From contig CM059431.1 in the NCBI GenBank assembly GCA_030390025.1, forward strand, positions 140,432,001 to 140,496,000: a DNA stretch of 64,000 nt. The letters are read 5' to 3'. Both the position numbers and the translations under genes were made by a program. Positions 38,282-50,378 of this stretch are shown here, piece after piece. Position 1 is the stretch's first letter, and every line of letters starts with the position of its first letter. A model generated the notes under the pieces. It saw only the letters and a list, made by a program, of their open reading frames with translations. It was not told where the DNA came from and did not search any database. The DNA comes from Squalus acanthias. Its lineage: Eukaryota.

Positions 38282-40268
38282 AATATTTTTCATTGGCCCA
38301 AAATTGGCTAATTTGTGAGCTTCGATTTCAGATTCTCCTTGAATTGTGCTGTCGCTGTCCGAACGACATTTCTCGTTGACAGAAGTCGTCTTATTTATGA
38401 TTGCCCTGAACATGTTCTTGCCACTGCTCCACAGATATACCGTTTCAGTCTCGTACTCGCTCTCTACCTGCTTGCAATATTGGAGATGTTAATATCAATT
38501 GTCGTTTCCATTTCCGGAGGCAAGGATTTATGGTGCCATTCAATGATACAAGTCAATAAGGTATGTATTTGCAAGACGAAATTAACAATCAATATTCCCG
38601 ACTCTGCTGAATATTGACTCTAAATATTCAGAAATTGGTATTAACCTCCCAAAGGTATTGCAATGAGGAATTTGGCGCCACGATTTACAGTAGCCAGCGG
38701 ACGAACGGCGCCCGCCATTCGTTAGACTTGCCATGACCATTTAATTTCGATGACCTTTTGTACTGGAAGCTGCAGTCAGAGATTCAATCGTTGCGGCAAG
38801 CAAGCAACTGTGTGTCTCCTTCACCAATCATAGTGAAGGAAGGAAGTACGAACAACGCAGATTCTGAAATGGGAATTGTAAGTTAGAATAGTGAATTCAA
38901 TGTCAAATCAGGTATTGAAACCGAAAAAGAGAAAGGGACAGGAAGATTGGATTCAGAGAGAGTAAATAGAGACAGAAAGAAAGATAAACTAATTCATGAA
39001 AATTTTTAATTTTTTAAAATAATGTCCGTCAACAACTAAAATCTGTAGGAATAAGATTCCGCATTCGTAATAATTAATTATCAATGCCGGAGAGGTTGTT
39101 TGGCAGTAATTAAACATTGTTACTCTTTCAAAAAAATCTACTTAGACTGATATGGACATTCCCTAGCTTTCTGTGGCGAGATTAGTCCCGCTCTATCTTG
39201 CAAGTGCAGGAAATTCACGCAGCTCAGTACATTTGAATGGGGAGCCAGACAACGAGATGCCATTCTCGAGCAGCCTGACGAATAGCGGTGGGTCTCGGAC
39301 AGCAACTCCAGGTTTTCGAGTAGAACTGCGCATCTGTGCTGGCTGGAAGTAGCTGTCTGATTTGCAAATAAATAATAGTGAGTACCATTAACCTCACCAT
39401 TAAATAGACAGTAATTTCTAGCCCATTATACCGTATACTGCGATTCTCATTTATCGAGGAATTTCACACATTACGTTGAGGAAATCATCAGCATTAACCT
39501 TGGCTTGGATGTTTGCATATTTATTTATTTGCTAATTTATTTACTGTTTTCCAACTATTATGTATTCCTTCCCAGCCTTCCCATGAGCCTACTGATCAGG
39601 ACAACATGTCTCAAACACCAATCACCACGGTCCAACCGACAACAGTCTGATGTCACCACCGTTATAGAAAGTGTTTCAATGGTACGAATGGAGATCTACA
39701 ATGGGACACATTACAGATGAAATTTAATGCAGAGAAGTGTGAAATGTTGTATTTTTGAACGAAGGACGAGGAGAATCTTTATAAAATATTCATTTCTGCG
39801 ACCTTATGTACTGGAAGGCAGTACAGGGATCGAGAGACCGGGGGGTTCAGGGACACTCAACTTTGATGGTGGCAGGACAAGCTGATATAGCTGTTAGCAG
39901 CACACGGGATAAATTGCTTTCTAAATAGTGGCATAGTGTCCAAAAGGACGGAAGATATGCTCAATCTTTGTCAATCACTGATTAGGCCTCCAGTGGAGCA
40001 TTGTGTCCAATTCGGCATACCACACTTTAGAAAGGATATCAAAACCTTGGAGATGATGCAGACGAGATTTACTAGAATGTTAGCAGAGGTGAGCAGTTTC
40101 AGTTACTTCAAGAGCCTATAGAAGCTGAGATTATTCTCCTTAAAGCAGGGAAGGATAAGGGGAGATTTAATAGAGGTGTTCAACATTATGAGGCGTTTTG
40201 ATAGAATAATTTCGGGGAAGCTATTTCCACTGACAGAAGAGTCGTTAACCAGAGGACACAGATTTAAT

Positions 40269-40957
40269 GGCCCTGAATTTGTGGTCAGGGGCTTCCAGCG
40301 GGGAATTGTCTCCGATTCGCAAATAAAATGCCCGCGTACCTGGTGGTCCAGGAAGTCCGGAGATTCGAGGTCCTGCGCCTCTCGGGGTTCCCGCGGTAGA
40401 GGCCCAGGTATCCTAGGGGTGCACGTGATTCTCAAGCTCACCTGGGATCTCGTGAGCTTGCCCAACCAATAAAATAAAGGAATCACCATTCATGCTTATG
40501 GGGATTCCTTCTGTACGGAATCCCCACAAGAATGAATGGGAATACCCCAAAAATACAACTGCACATCAAATTACTAAATAAAAAACATTATATATTTAAA
40601 ATGCCATTTCATTAAATATTCGAAACAAAAACTTAGTTTTTTGAAAAATAAATTTAAATGTTTTAAAGGTGCTAAAATAAGTTTACCTTATTGCAGGTTT
40701 TTTTAATTTATGAATGATTGGATATTAAATTAACATTTTTAAAATCTCTTACGCAGGTTTTACTCGGGATAAGAATTTCACGGGCATTCACTCGGCAGAA
40801 GTTGGACAAATAACACAACTCTCGGGCCGCGATGCCCTTATCCTGGGAACGTATTGGATCTGTCAAGAAAATCTTTGAAAGATCGCAGGAACCGGATATT
40901 CACGCATGCGCGTCTCGCACGAAAACGCGGTACATGCGTGGCCGTAAATTATGGGCC
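40269..40957. mobile_element. Related MITE inserted in a CR1 3' fragment (39690-41235, +)
   Basis: Ends are GGCCCTGAATTT and AAATTATGGGCC, with flanks AAT and ATT. The CR1 reads through across the insertion (gatttaa|gtaattggc). Confidence 0.75.
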
Positions 40958-41775
40958 ATTGTAATTGGCAAAAGTGCATGAGGGCAGATGAGGAGAAATG
41001 TATTTACACAGCGTGTTGTTATGATCTGGATCACACTGCCTGAAAGGACGGTGGAAGCAGATTCAAAATTAACTTTCAAAAAGTAAGTGCATATAAAATT
41101 AAAGCGGAAAAATTGCAGGGCTATGGGGAAAGAGCAGGGTAGTGGGTGTAATTGGATCGTTCTTTCAGGAAATCGGCATAGGCGCGATGGGCCGAATGGC
41201 CTCTTTCTGTGCTGTATCATTCGTGATTCTATGATTAGCAGGAAGACTATTTGCTGCAGTGGCGTCACAATCCAGTTCATGCATGACGTCATTTTTTCTA
41301 TCGAACAACACGTGTGAAGCTAAGAGCATTTCCTCAAAAACCAGCTCATAAATGAACAGAATAAAGAGAAACTTGAGACCTGTCACAACGGATTAGATTG
41401 GGAAAATCACCCTATAATACAACAGATTCCAGCTCTGATTCGTTGTTCTTTCTGTAGTGAACAACCTTGCTGATCTTTGATGCATTAATGAATGTGTTGC
41501 TTAAACGATTGAAATAAACTAATTACTGCTCTTTTACTTTCTTGACCTAAGACCAACTTATTTTCTTTCTACACATCCTGTAATTCCCCCCGCCTCACTT
41601 TTCACCTCTGATCAGCTTCATTACTTGTTGGTGGCGGCGATCAGTCGGGCAATCGCTTGGGTGTCAACTGTACATTTCTCAGCCTGTCCGGAGAGTGATC
41701 ACTCATACCTGTTCCTGGACTCCAGCCCCACACCCCCGCCCCCCACCCCCCACACACACACACACCCCTCCCACT

Positions 41776-41971
41776 GGGGTAATTTTAACATAACAGGCCG
41801 GGAGGGAAAATGACAGGATCGGGTGGAAAGCCAGTTTTACATCCTCCCCACCCCCGCCCCCTCTATATTTTTGTGCTTTGACTTCAATTTGAATAAAAGC
41901 ACTGCGGGGTACAAAATCCGCGTACACCCGATTTCATCAGTTTCCCGACCGTCAGGTAAGGTTAAAATTGC
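41776..41971. mobile_element. Short MITE, decayed
   Basis: GGGGTAATTTTAAC ... GTTAAAATTG with further imperfect inverted similarity. Confidence 0.55.
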
Positions 41972-42884
41972 ATGCAAGAGCGATAATAATTTTCCTGTTC
42001 CCCCGCACTACAAATGCTACGCCAGTCTAGAACCTGCGACATTCCTACTCTGTGCCCCGTAGCAATCAGCTGCTTAAACAGACTGATCTATGGAATAGCA
42101 AATGCAGACGTTAGCTGATGCACCTGTTGTGCCCATATTCCTGTATCCAATTTCCCGGATCTGTCACGGATTATAAGGAATTGTAGCGGATTTCCGATTC
42201 TAGACTGAAAGACTGGGGAGAGGCCTTGCACTCAGAAGACTCCTGATTGGAAAATGTTATTTCCTATTAAATTGGTGAACACCTCCTCTAAAGAAGACGA
42301 ATGTCACCGGTTGCATTCTTCCTCTAAGATCACATGCGGTGACCTCCAGCTCACTGAGACACAGGAATCTACAGGAAAATGATTGGGCTCTTCAGGCAGG
42401 TTGTGCAATTGGAACGATCCTGGGTAATTTGGCAGGAATCTCCCAGCGAGTCAACGAAGCTATTCACAAGGAGTAACATGGCACGGGCGTGTCATGAAAG
42501 TATTTGATAAGTCACCAGGAGAGGTAATTTAACTAAACCGGTCGGACTGTAAACGTGCGGGTTCTGGGCTTCCGCTCGTTAGTAACTCCACCCGTTTTTA
42601 CTCTCCAATGAAAGAAGATTAACATTAGCCCTGTTTTTGTTGGTATCGGAATCACTAACTCACTCATTTCAAGCAACTTCGCCTGCCATTCAGGATAGAA
42701 AGGTTAAAACCAACACTAAAATTGTACGGAGGGATTCCATTCTAAATATTACGATTTAATCTGCGAATATCGCAAACAGTAATTTTTAGACTGACCGCAC
42801 ATCTTTCAGTTGCACAGACCTATTTCTGTTTATTTGTAATAATTTTTCAGCTTGCTGTAGGTGCCTAAAAGAGGTGTTCAATCC

Positions 42885-43420
42885 CTCAGCCTTGCTTTTG
42901 TTACCTCAAGATTCAACTATTCCAATTGTACTCTTGGCCGGTCTTCCACCTTGCACCCTCGGTAAACTTCCGCTGCCTGTATTCTAACTCGCACCAAGTC
43001 CCGTTCACGCATCACCCCCTCAATATACTGAACTACATTGCCTCCTCTCCTGAAACACAACAATTTTAAAATCTCATCCATGTTTTCAAAACTCTCCCTG
43101 GCCGCACACTCTCTATCTCTGTAACCTACTCCAACCCTACAACCATCCGAGATATTTGGCTCCTCCAATTCTGCCCTCTTGCGCATCCCCGATTTTAATC
43201 GCTGCACCATTGACGGCCGTTCCTTCAGCTGCAGAAGCCCTAAACACTGGTAAAACTTCCATAAACCTGTACCACTCTCTACCTCTCTCTCTCTCCTCCA
43301 CTAAGGCGCTGCTTAAAACCTATCACTTTGACCAACCCTTTGGTCACCTGTCCTAATATCTGCATATGTGGCTTGGTGTCAAATTGTGTTTGATAATCGC
43401 TCCTGTGAAGCGCCTTGGGC
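42885..43420 (+). mobile_element. L2-clade LINE 3' fragment
   Basis: Decayed AFVTSR.DYSN..LAGLP-like coding remnant; tail gctcctgtgaagcgccttggg. Confidence 0.7.
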
Positions 43421-44049
43421 TCTGGGGAAGAACTTGGTCTAGTGCTGGAAAGGATTGCCAAGTGTCTTGGACAAGTTGAACATGCACTCAAAGACGTGAG
43501 GCAGAAACTCACTAAAAATTGGGCTTTCGGCTTTCTCCGTTTAAAATCCGCGAGCTTCAGACGCCAATCGTCTGATGCAACTGGTTTGTCGAAATTCGGC
43601 TGGCACCGACAACGAGCCAGCCCTTGGGGAAGGGAGGGAGGCAAAAGTTGAGAGGGTGAGCCCAGGTCCAATCTTGCAACAGCTGCCAAGTCCAAAACTG
43701 TTTAGTTTACCTTCTCTGGGCGGCCTCCACAGTCCCTTAAAGGACTTTCTTTTTATTGTTTTTCGTAGCGGTTTGAATGGCTTGCTCGACCATTTCAGAG
43801 GGCAGTTAAAAGGCAGCCACATTACTGCGGGTCTGGGCCAGACCAGGTAAGCACGGCAGATTTCCTTCCCTAAAGAACATTAGTGAACCACATAAGTTTT
43901 TATGACAAACGATAGCGACCATTACTACTACTCATCCCAGATGTATTTAATTAAGTGAATTTAAATTCCCCAGCTGCCTGGGTGGGATTTGAATTCAGGT
44001 CTCGGGATTATTGCCCAGTGACATTACCACTACGCTACCGTTCCCTGCG

Positions 44050-46150
44050 TAAAGGAATAGACTGGAGAAATTAATGGGACTAAAAGCCGACAATTCCCGG
44101 GAGCTAATGGCCTACAATCTAGGGTTTTAAAAGAAGTTGCTACAGAGATAGTGGGTGCCTTGGTTTTGCTCTTCCAGAATTTCTTAGATTCAATAACGGT
44201 CCCCACCGATTGGAAAGTTTCAACAGTAATCCTGGTATTCAAGAAATAGGAAGAGAGAATATTGAGCAGTACAGGCCAGTTCGCCTGATATCAGTAGTAG
44301 TGAAAATGCTAATGAAGGAATCTTTATTTGGAATATGTTCTGACGAAGGGTCATCGACCTGAAACGTTAACTTTGTTTCTCTCTCCATAGATGCTGCCTG
44401 ACCTGTTGAGTATTTTTAGCATTTTCTGTTTTTATTTCAGATTTCCAGCAACCGCAGTTTTTTGGTTTTGTAATCTATTATTAGGGACTTGGTAACAGGG
44501 CACGTAGAAAATCAAAATATGATTGGGCAGAGTCAACACGGATTTATGAAAGGGAAATCATGCTTGACAAATCTAATAGAATTTCTTGAGGTTGTAACTA
44601 GCAGGGTAGATAAGGGGGAAACAGTGGAGGTATTAGATTTGGTTTTCCAAAATGTATTCGATCGGTTGCCACATAAAAGGTTGCTATGCAAAATAAGGGC
44701 TCATGGGGTTGTGGGCAATATATTAGCATGGATTGAGGATTGGTTATCGGACAGAAAATAGAGAGAAGGATTAAACAGGTTATTTTAAGTTTTGCAGGCT
44801 GTAAATAGTGGGGTAATGCAAGGATCAGTGCTTGGGCTGCAGCTTTTACAATCTATGTCAATGGCTTCGATGAGGGGACGAGTGTAACGTATCCAGGTTT
44901 GCTGATGATGCAAAGCTAGGTGGGAAGGCAAGTTGTGACGAGGATGCAAAGAGGCTGCAAGTGGATATAGACAGGTGAAGTGAGTGGGTAAGCGCATGGC
45001 AGCTGGAATCCACTGTGGAGAAATGTGAAGTTATTCACTTTGGTAAGAAAAATAGAAAAGCAGAGTATTTTTTAAATGGTGAGAGATTTGGAAATGTTGG
45101 TATTCAGAGGGAACTGGGTGTCCTTGCACACAAATCACGGAAAGTTAACATGAAGGTGCAGCAAGCAATTAGTAAAGGAAATGGTCTGTCAGCCTTCATT
45201 ACAAAAGGATTGGAGCATAATTGTAGAAGTCTTACTGCAATTATGTAGGGCCCTGGCGAGACCACAACTGGAGCATCGTGTACAGGTTTGGTCTCATTAT
45301 CTAAGGAAGGATAAACTTGCCATAGAGGGAGTGCAACAGAGGTTCGCTGGACTGATTCCCGGGTTGAGGGGATTGCCTATGAGGAGAGACTGAGTAGACT
45401 AGGCCTATAATCCCAAGAGTTTAGAAGAATGAAAGGTGATCTCATTGAAACGTATACAATTATTGAGGGGCTTGACAGGGTAGATGCAGCAAGGATGTTT
45501 CTCCTGGCCGGGGAATCTACAACTAGGGTCACAATCTCAGAATAAGGGGTCGGCCATTTAGGACTGAGATGTAGAGACATTTCTTCACTCAAAGGGCTGG
45601 GAAACTTCGTAATTCGCTACCCTAGAGGGCTGTCGATGCTCAGTCCTTGACTATTTTGAACACAGAGATCGATAGATATTTGGATAATCAGTGAACCAAG
45701 GGATATGGGGATAGCGCGGGCAGCTGGAGTTGTGGTATAAGATCATCCATGATCTTATTGAATAGAGGAGCAGGCTCGAAGGGCCGAATAGAATCATAGA
45801 ATTTTAGAAATTTACGGCAGAAAAGGAGGCCATTCGACCCATCGTGTCTGTGCCGGCCGAGAAAGAGCCTGCCTGCCTAACCCCATTTTCCAACTGTTGG
45901 GACGCAGCCTGTAGGTTACAGCACTTCAAGTCCATATTCAATACGTTGTAAATGCGATGAGGCTTTCTACCTCTACCACCATTTCAGACAGTGAATTCCA
46001 GACCCCAACGGACCTCTGGGTGGAAACAGTTATCATCATCTCCCGTCAAATCCTTCTACCACTTAATTAAAAACTATGCCTTCTGGTTATTGACCTCTCT
46101 GCTAAATGAAATAGGCCCTTGCTGTGAACTCTATCTAGGCCGCTCATAAT
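44050..46150. mobile_element. Decayed CR1 RT (44050-45790, +) tail-to-tail with a CR1 3' fragment (45790-46150, -)
   Basis: QHGFMKGKSCLTNL and RPQLEH.VQ.W motifs; CR1 terminal hairpins. Confidence 0.85.
44312..44470 (+). mobile_element. Short Penelope-like terminal fragment with hammerhead motif (44337-44371), inserted in a CR1
   Basis: gtt-CTGACGA-agggtc atc gacct-GAAACGTT-aac; homologous to the reverse complement of 26990-27118. Confidence 0.65.
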
Positions 46151-46349
46151 TTCTGATGTTCTTATATTCTTTATTGTATCCCAGCAGTAGGTCTATCACT
46201 GCTGCTGCAAAACTGGTCAGTCATTGTGTTCGAGTACTTGGTATAACACCAATGCTGCAAAAGCAGATTCATCGCCAGTCGTGCAGTAGATTGATCTCCG
46301 TCAGTGCAACAAGAGTGGGGCCGCCAATAGGAATATAATCATCAATAGC

Positions 46350-47245
46350 AGAGGAAGAGCATTGTCACCTCTAGTATAACTGTAGGCACCCTAATACCAG
46401 AGGAGCACGGTCACATCTAATGTATGTTTCGGTTTACCACAAGTACCTTAAAAACAGGATCACCGCTGGTTTAAGTGTAGGGAACCACGAATAGCGTACG
46501 ACCACGTTCAACATTAGTGTTAGTGGAGGGGTACTGCTAGTACAGGAGGAGGACAGTCAGCTCTTGTGTAAATGTACGCTGCCACTAATACCAGAAGAAA
46601 AATGTCAGTATCATTGCAAGTGTGTGAGTACCACTAGTACCGGGAAACATGGTCACACCTAGTATAAGTGTAGGGTACCACTAGACAGGGAGGAGCGTGT
46701 TCACCTCTAATATAAGTATAGGATTAACAATAGTACAGGAGGAGCATGGCCTCCTCTAGTGTATGTGTAGCGGTAACACTAGTACCAGTCGAGGACGGTC
46801 AGCTCGTGTGTAATTGCAGGTTACCACTAATACTAGTAGAGCACTATCACTACCATTGTAAGCGTGGGGTTACCACTACTACTGCTGGCGCACGGTCAAC
46901 ACTATAGTATATGTAAGGGTACCACTCGTACAGTAGAAGCAGGAGCACTGCTGCTGTAAGTGTGGGGAACTACTATAACAGAACGTTTACGTCGACCACC
47001 AGTCTAATTGCAGGGGTATCGCTAGTACCTGAGGAGCAAGGTCACCTCGAGTATCAGTGTAGTTCACCACTAGCATTGAAGGAGCACCCTCATCTCCAGT
47101 GTAAGTGTAGGGGCTACCGTTATTAACGGAGAAGCACGGGCGCCTCTAGTTTAAGTGTAAGGCTTTCACAAGCACAGAAGGAACACTCTCACCTCTAGTG
47201 GAAGTGTAGGTTTACTACAACTGCCAGAGGAACACGGTTACCTTT
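46350..47245. repeat. Degenerate ~49-bp tandem repeat (approx. GTAGGGTACCACTAGTACAGGAGGAGCACGGTCACCTCTAGTATAAGT)
   Basis: Recurrent gtcacctctagt and gtaccactagta motifs at ~49-bp spacing. Confidence 0.8.
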
Positions 47246-47675
47246 AAAGCTGCATGACTGTGGTCATCACGAATACCGCCTGTTCTGGATGAGTTTGAGC
47301 AATAAAACTGAGTCAAGCAGAGGGTCAGGACGTGTAATGCTAGGGGAGCTGCCTCCAATGCTCCTGTAGTAATAGAGGCAGCAGCAGTACTGGGAGATTC
47401 AACTCTCTGATTGTAAAGAATGCTTTAATTTTGTTTTTTTATTGAACTTTCCATTAACAATTTCAACTATTTATTTAATCTGACGTATCAGAAAAAAATC
47501 AATTTACCTGAGTATATTGGTAAAATGATTGTAACTAACGCTAATTATGATTTAACCTGATTGACTCCCTGCAGGACTGTTTTGTGGATAAATATAGGTT
47601 CCCTGCCATTGCTTCAGCCGTGCGCCAGCCAGAGTCTTTCAGCTCCGACACATAATTCATCCATTCTCACAGAAA

Positions 47676-49094
47676 ATGGGTCACTCAACTATTCTGCTGA
47701 TCACAGAGATTTACTACCCGATTCTCGCAGCCGTCGGTGTCCCCGGTGAGCCATTCTAACTTGTTTATTGTTAATCGGTGTTAATTGTAACCCTGTTCAG
47801 CCTGTTGGATCAGGTAACGTGTTTACTAAATGTAAGTATTAAATAGTCGGTAGTGACTGGAGCCAACTCGTGAACCTCCTGTCCACACTTCCCACGCTTC
47901 CCTTAATCCAATAACCTCACTGATGTTGCAATGCTTTATAAAGCTCCAACACAAGGATTTTACCGGATTTCCGGACCGTCTTGTCCCCCCGTGCAGAGTG
48001 AGCGCTGCAGCAGCTCATTAAAATGTGTGGGTGGGTTTCCCAGTTAATGGCTCCAATACTAATCCTGTTCTCACACTGCTCCGTGTTGATAATCACACTG
48101 AATGGAGTAAAAAGCTCTCCACAGGCCTCTCTATATATATTTTAATCAGAAACTGGAACATTATTTCTCTCCTCTCTCTCTCTCTTACAGCGAACTTGTT
48201 GACAATTTTATTCTCTACCGAGAAAACTGCGGCCTTTCCAAGTGTATATCTGTTTACATGGTGGCCATGGCAACAGCAGATATATTTGTCATTATCATCA
48301 ATGTAATAGTTATTATATTTTTGGTTATCACTTTCCACTTTCATTCCTGTACCACACTCCCGTGTGTATGTTCATTCTATACATCACTGCTATCAACCTC
48401 GATGTGTCTGTTTGGTTCACCGTCTCCTTCACATTTGACCGATGTGTAGTTATCTGCTGCCAGAAGTTTAAAGACAAGTATTGCACCGAGAGAACTGCGG
48501 CCGCGGTTATAACAGCGTTCAAGGTCCTGATTTTATTAAAGGACATCCCAGTTTTGTTTGCATTTGAATCTGAGCAAATAATTAGTAAGGTGCAGTGAGG
48601 CTGCGGGTCAAGTGTAGCTTTTTTTTACCTCACCTCCAGGCATAGCATCCGTCTGGTTTCACAGCGCCTGGGTCCTCTGGCTTCCTTTTACTTTAATCGC
48701 CTTGTTTAATTCTTTAACCGTTCAACGTATTTTAGTGGTCAGCAGAGCCCGCAGGGGACTCGGGGGTCACGGGAGTGAAAATGAGAGCGATCCAGAGATG
48801 GAGAACAGAAGGAAATCCATCATTTTACTGTTCACTATATCGGGCAGTTTTATACTATTGTGGCTGACAACTGCCGTGAGTTTTGTAACTATCAGACAGA
48901 CAAATATCAGCTATTAACGAGGTGACCGCACAAACCCTTTATATATCGCCACTGAAACCGGAGCCATGCTGAAGTTTTTGAGTTGCTTTCAAAAACCTTG
49001 TATTTATGTAGCGACCCAGAGGAAATTCAGAGAAGAGCTGAAGAATGTGGTGAAATGTCCCTGGACACTAATTCTGAGATTAGTTAGTAAATGA
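47676..49094 (+). pseudogene. GPR139/GPR142-like receptor pseudogene; exons 47676-47745 and 48191-49094
   Basis: Exon 1 (70 nt) reads MGHSTILLITEIYYPILAAVGVP+G|gtgag; acceptor ttacag ends at 48190. It aligns to the intact gene but has frameshifts near 48207, 48310 and 48626 (T8 run) and premature stops TGA 48596-48598 and TAA 48915-48917. It ends KFREELKNVVKCPWTLILRLVSK*. Confidence 0.9.
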
Positions 49095-50200
49095 GAATAA
49101 GAAGAATCAGGTTAAACAAAAGCTTCCTTGTAACTAAAGCTCAATTTCAACTCCTTTTCCACCGTAAAACGTCTTTCTTTCTGGTAATGTGAAAAATGGA
49201 TGAGTTCTTGTGTAAACCTTTCTTCCATTTTGCAGCATGCGTTTGATGTCTGCAATTTTTTAGTTTTTCACACTGCTTTTGCTGAGTAAACATAACCTAT
49301 TCCAGCGAATTTATCACAATTCAAATTCAGGGATCATAGATAACAATGATGAGGTTCAGCAGTGGAGTCGGAAAGTGGGCAAAAGAGGAATCCACCTTAC
49401 ACTGCAGGTACTGGGATCGGGCGCGCCAGTTTAAAATCATCAATAAAGATTCATTCGGTGCCGAAACAATCAAAGATCTTGCGATCGCTGATATTGGTAC
49501 TTTCCTGCAGGTTTGGAGTGAATATTTCAGGCGCGGGTCTCTCTATCGGACTCCATTCCTCATTGACAAATGGAGCGGGATCATGTCACGTGATCAACGT
49601 TCGAATGTAGGAAACAGTCGATATTCGGCTCATCGATGTGACCTTTCACCTCTTTTGTCCCAGATACTGATTTAAGATCTCGATTGTTCAATGACTGTAG
49701 TGTCTCACTCAGCACAAAGATGGGGCCTGCTGTTGTTTTGTGCTGTCGATAAAAGTATCGGGGTGATATTATTGCTATTATGTCTCAATCGGTCTCCCAA
49801 ACAAAATGTTAAGGAATGTACAAATTAATGTTTATTCATAAGGTTCTTAACTATTACAATTGTTGCAAGTAAATTTTAGAAAACAATGCCAGAAATTCAG
49901 GTAAAATCAAACTGATAATAAGTATTCTTGTCTGTGGCTGAACATCTGGAGACGGTCATAAAGAATCTTTGGTAATTAACATCTTATTATGCGGTTGCAC
50001 ATTGGTTCTATTGAACAAAAGATTGTAAATAAACTGGTACCAAGGAAGATTCCAGAGGTTCAATAGTCACCCTTCCCTTACAGGTTTCCATTTGTCGATA
50101 ACCTACTTTCATTTTGTAATTAGCTGTCTGTGCAGTGCCAGATCTCCCACCCATCCCATAATTTCTCACCGTTTGTAGATGTGGAAGCTTGTTCGCTGCT

Positions 50201-50378
50201 TCATTAAAATCAGAAGTCGCACAACACCAGGTTATAGTCCAACAGATTTATTTAATTTTACAAGCTTTCGGAGCTGTAAAATTAAATAAATCTGTTGGAC
50301 TATAACCTGGTGTTGTGCGACTTCTGATTTTTGTCCACCCCAGTCCAACGCCGGCATCTCCAAATCATTAAAATCAGA
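50201..50378. mobile_element. Fold-back element: perfect 57-bp inverted repeat with a 14-bp flanking direct repeat; probably Penelope-derived
   Basis: Arms at 50206-50262 and 50275-50331 with a 12-nt loop AGCTTTCGGAGC; TCATTAAAATCAGA occurs at 50201 and 50365. Confidence 0.7.

Larger units (their letters stand above)
31831..39650 (+). pseudogene. MS4A/CD20-like four-TM protein pseudogene; coding exons 31831-31995, 33823-33933, 34851-34907, ~37323-37440, 38435-38560, 39576-39650
   Basis: Phase-0 exons bounded by AG/GT translate to MAASLSIEESVIS...H*PTRRINCPGIHMGKHKALG | FTQIVLGIFFIIFWTTLILSPIPMPGAH*THWCGGLS | FILSGSLWCIVGKTSSTGL (57 nt) | IKAIFGLF..(frameshift)..VVTFPIILSTVQVCNDQTLCQSAEA | IYRFSLVLALYLLAILEMLISIVVSISGGKDLWCHSMIQVNK | PSHEPTDQDNMSQTPITTVQPTTV*. 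These match the MS4A motifs KALG, QIxxG, WGG, FIISGSL and LE-x-xI in order. Stops at 31936 and 33907. Exon 4 and exon 6 boundaries are less certain. Confidence 0.8.

Noticed and set aside
38670..39425. Possible further ~750-bp MITE
   Set aside because: The right end (aatttctagccc) is TIR-like, but the left end matches too poorly to call.
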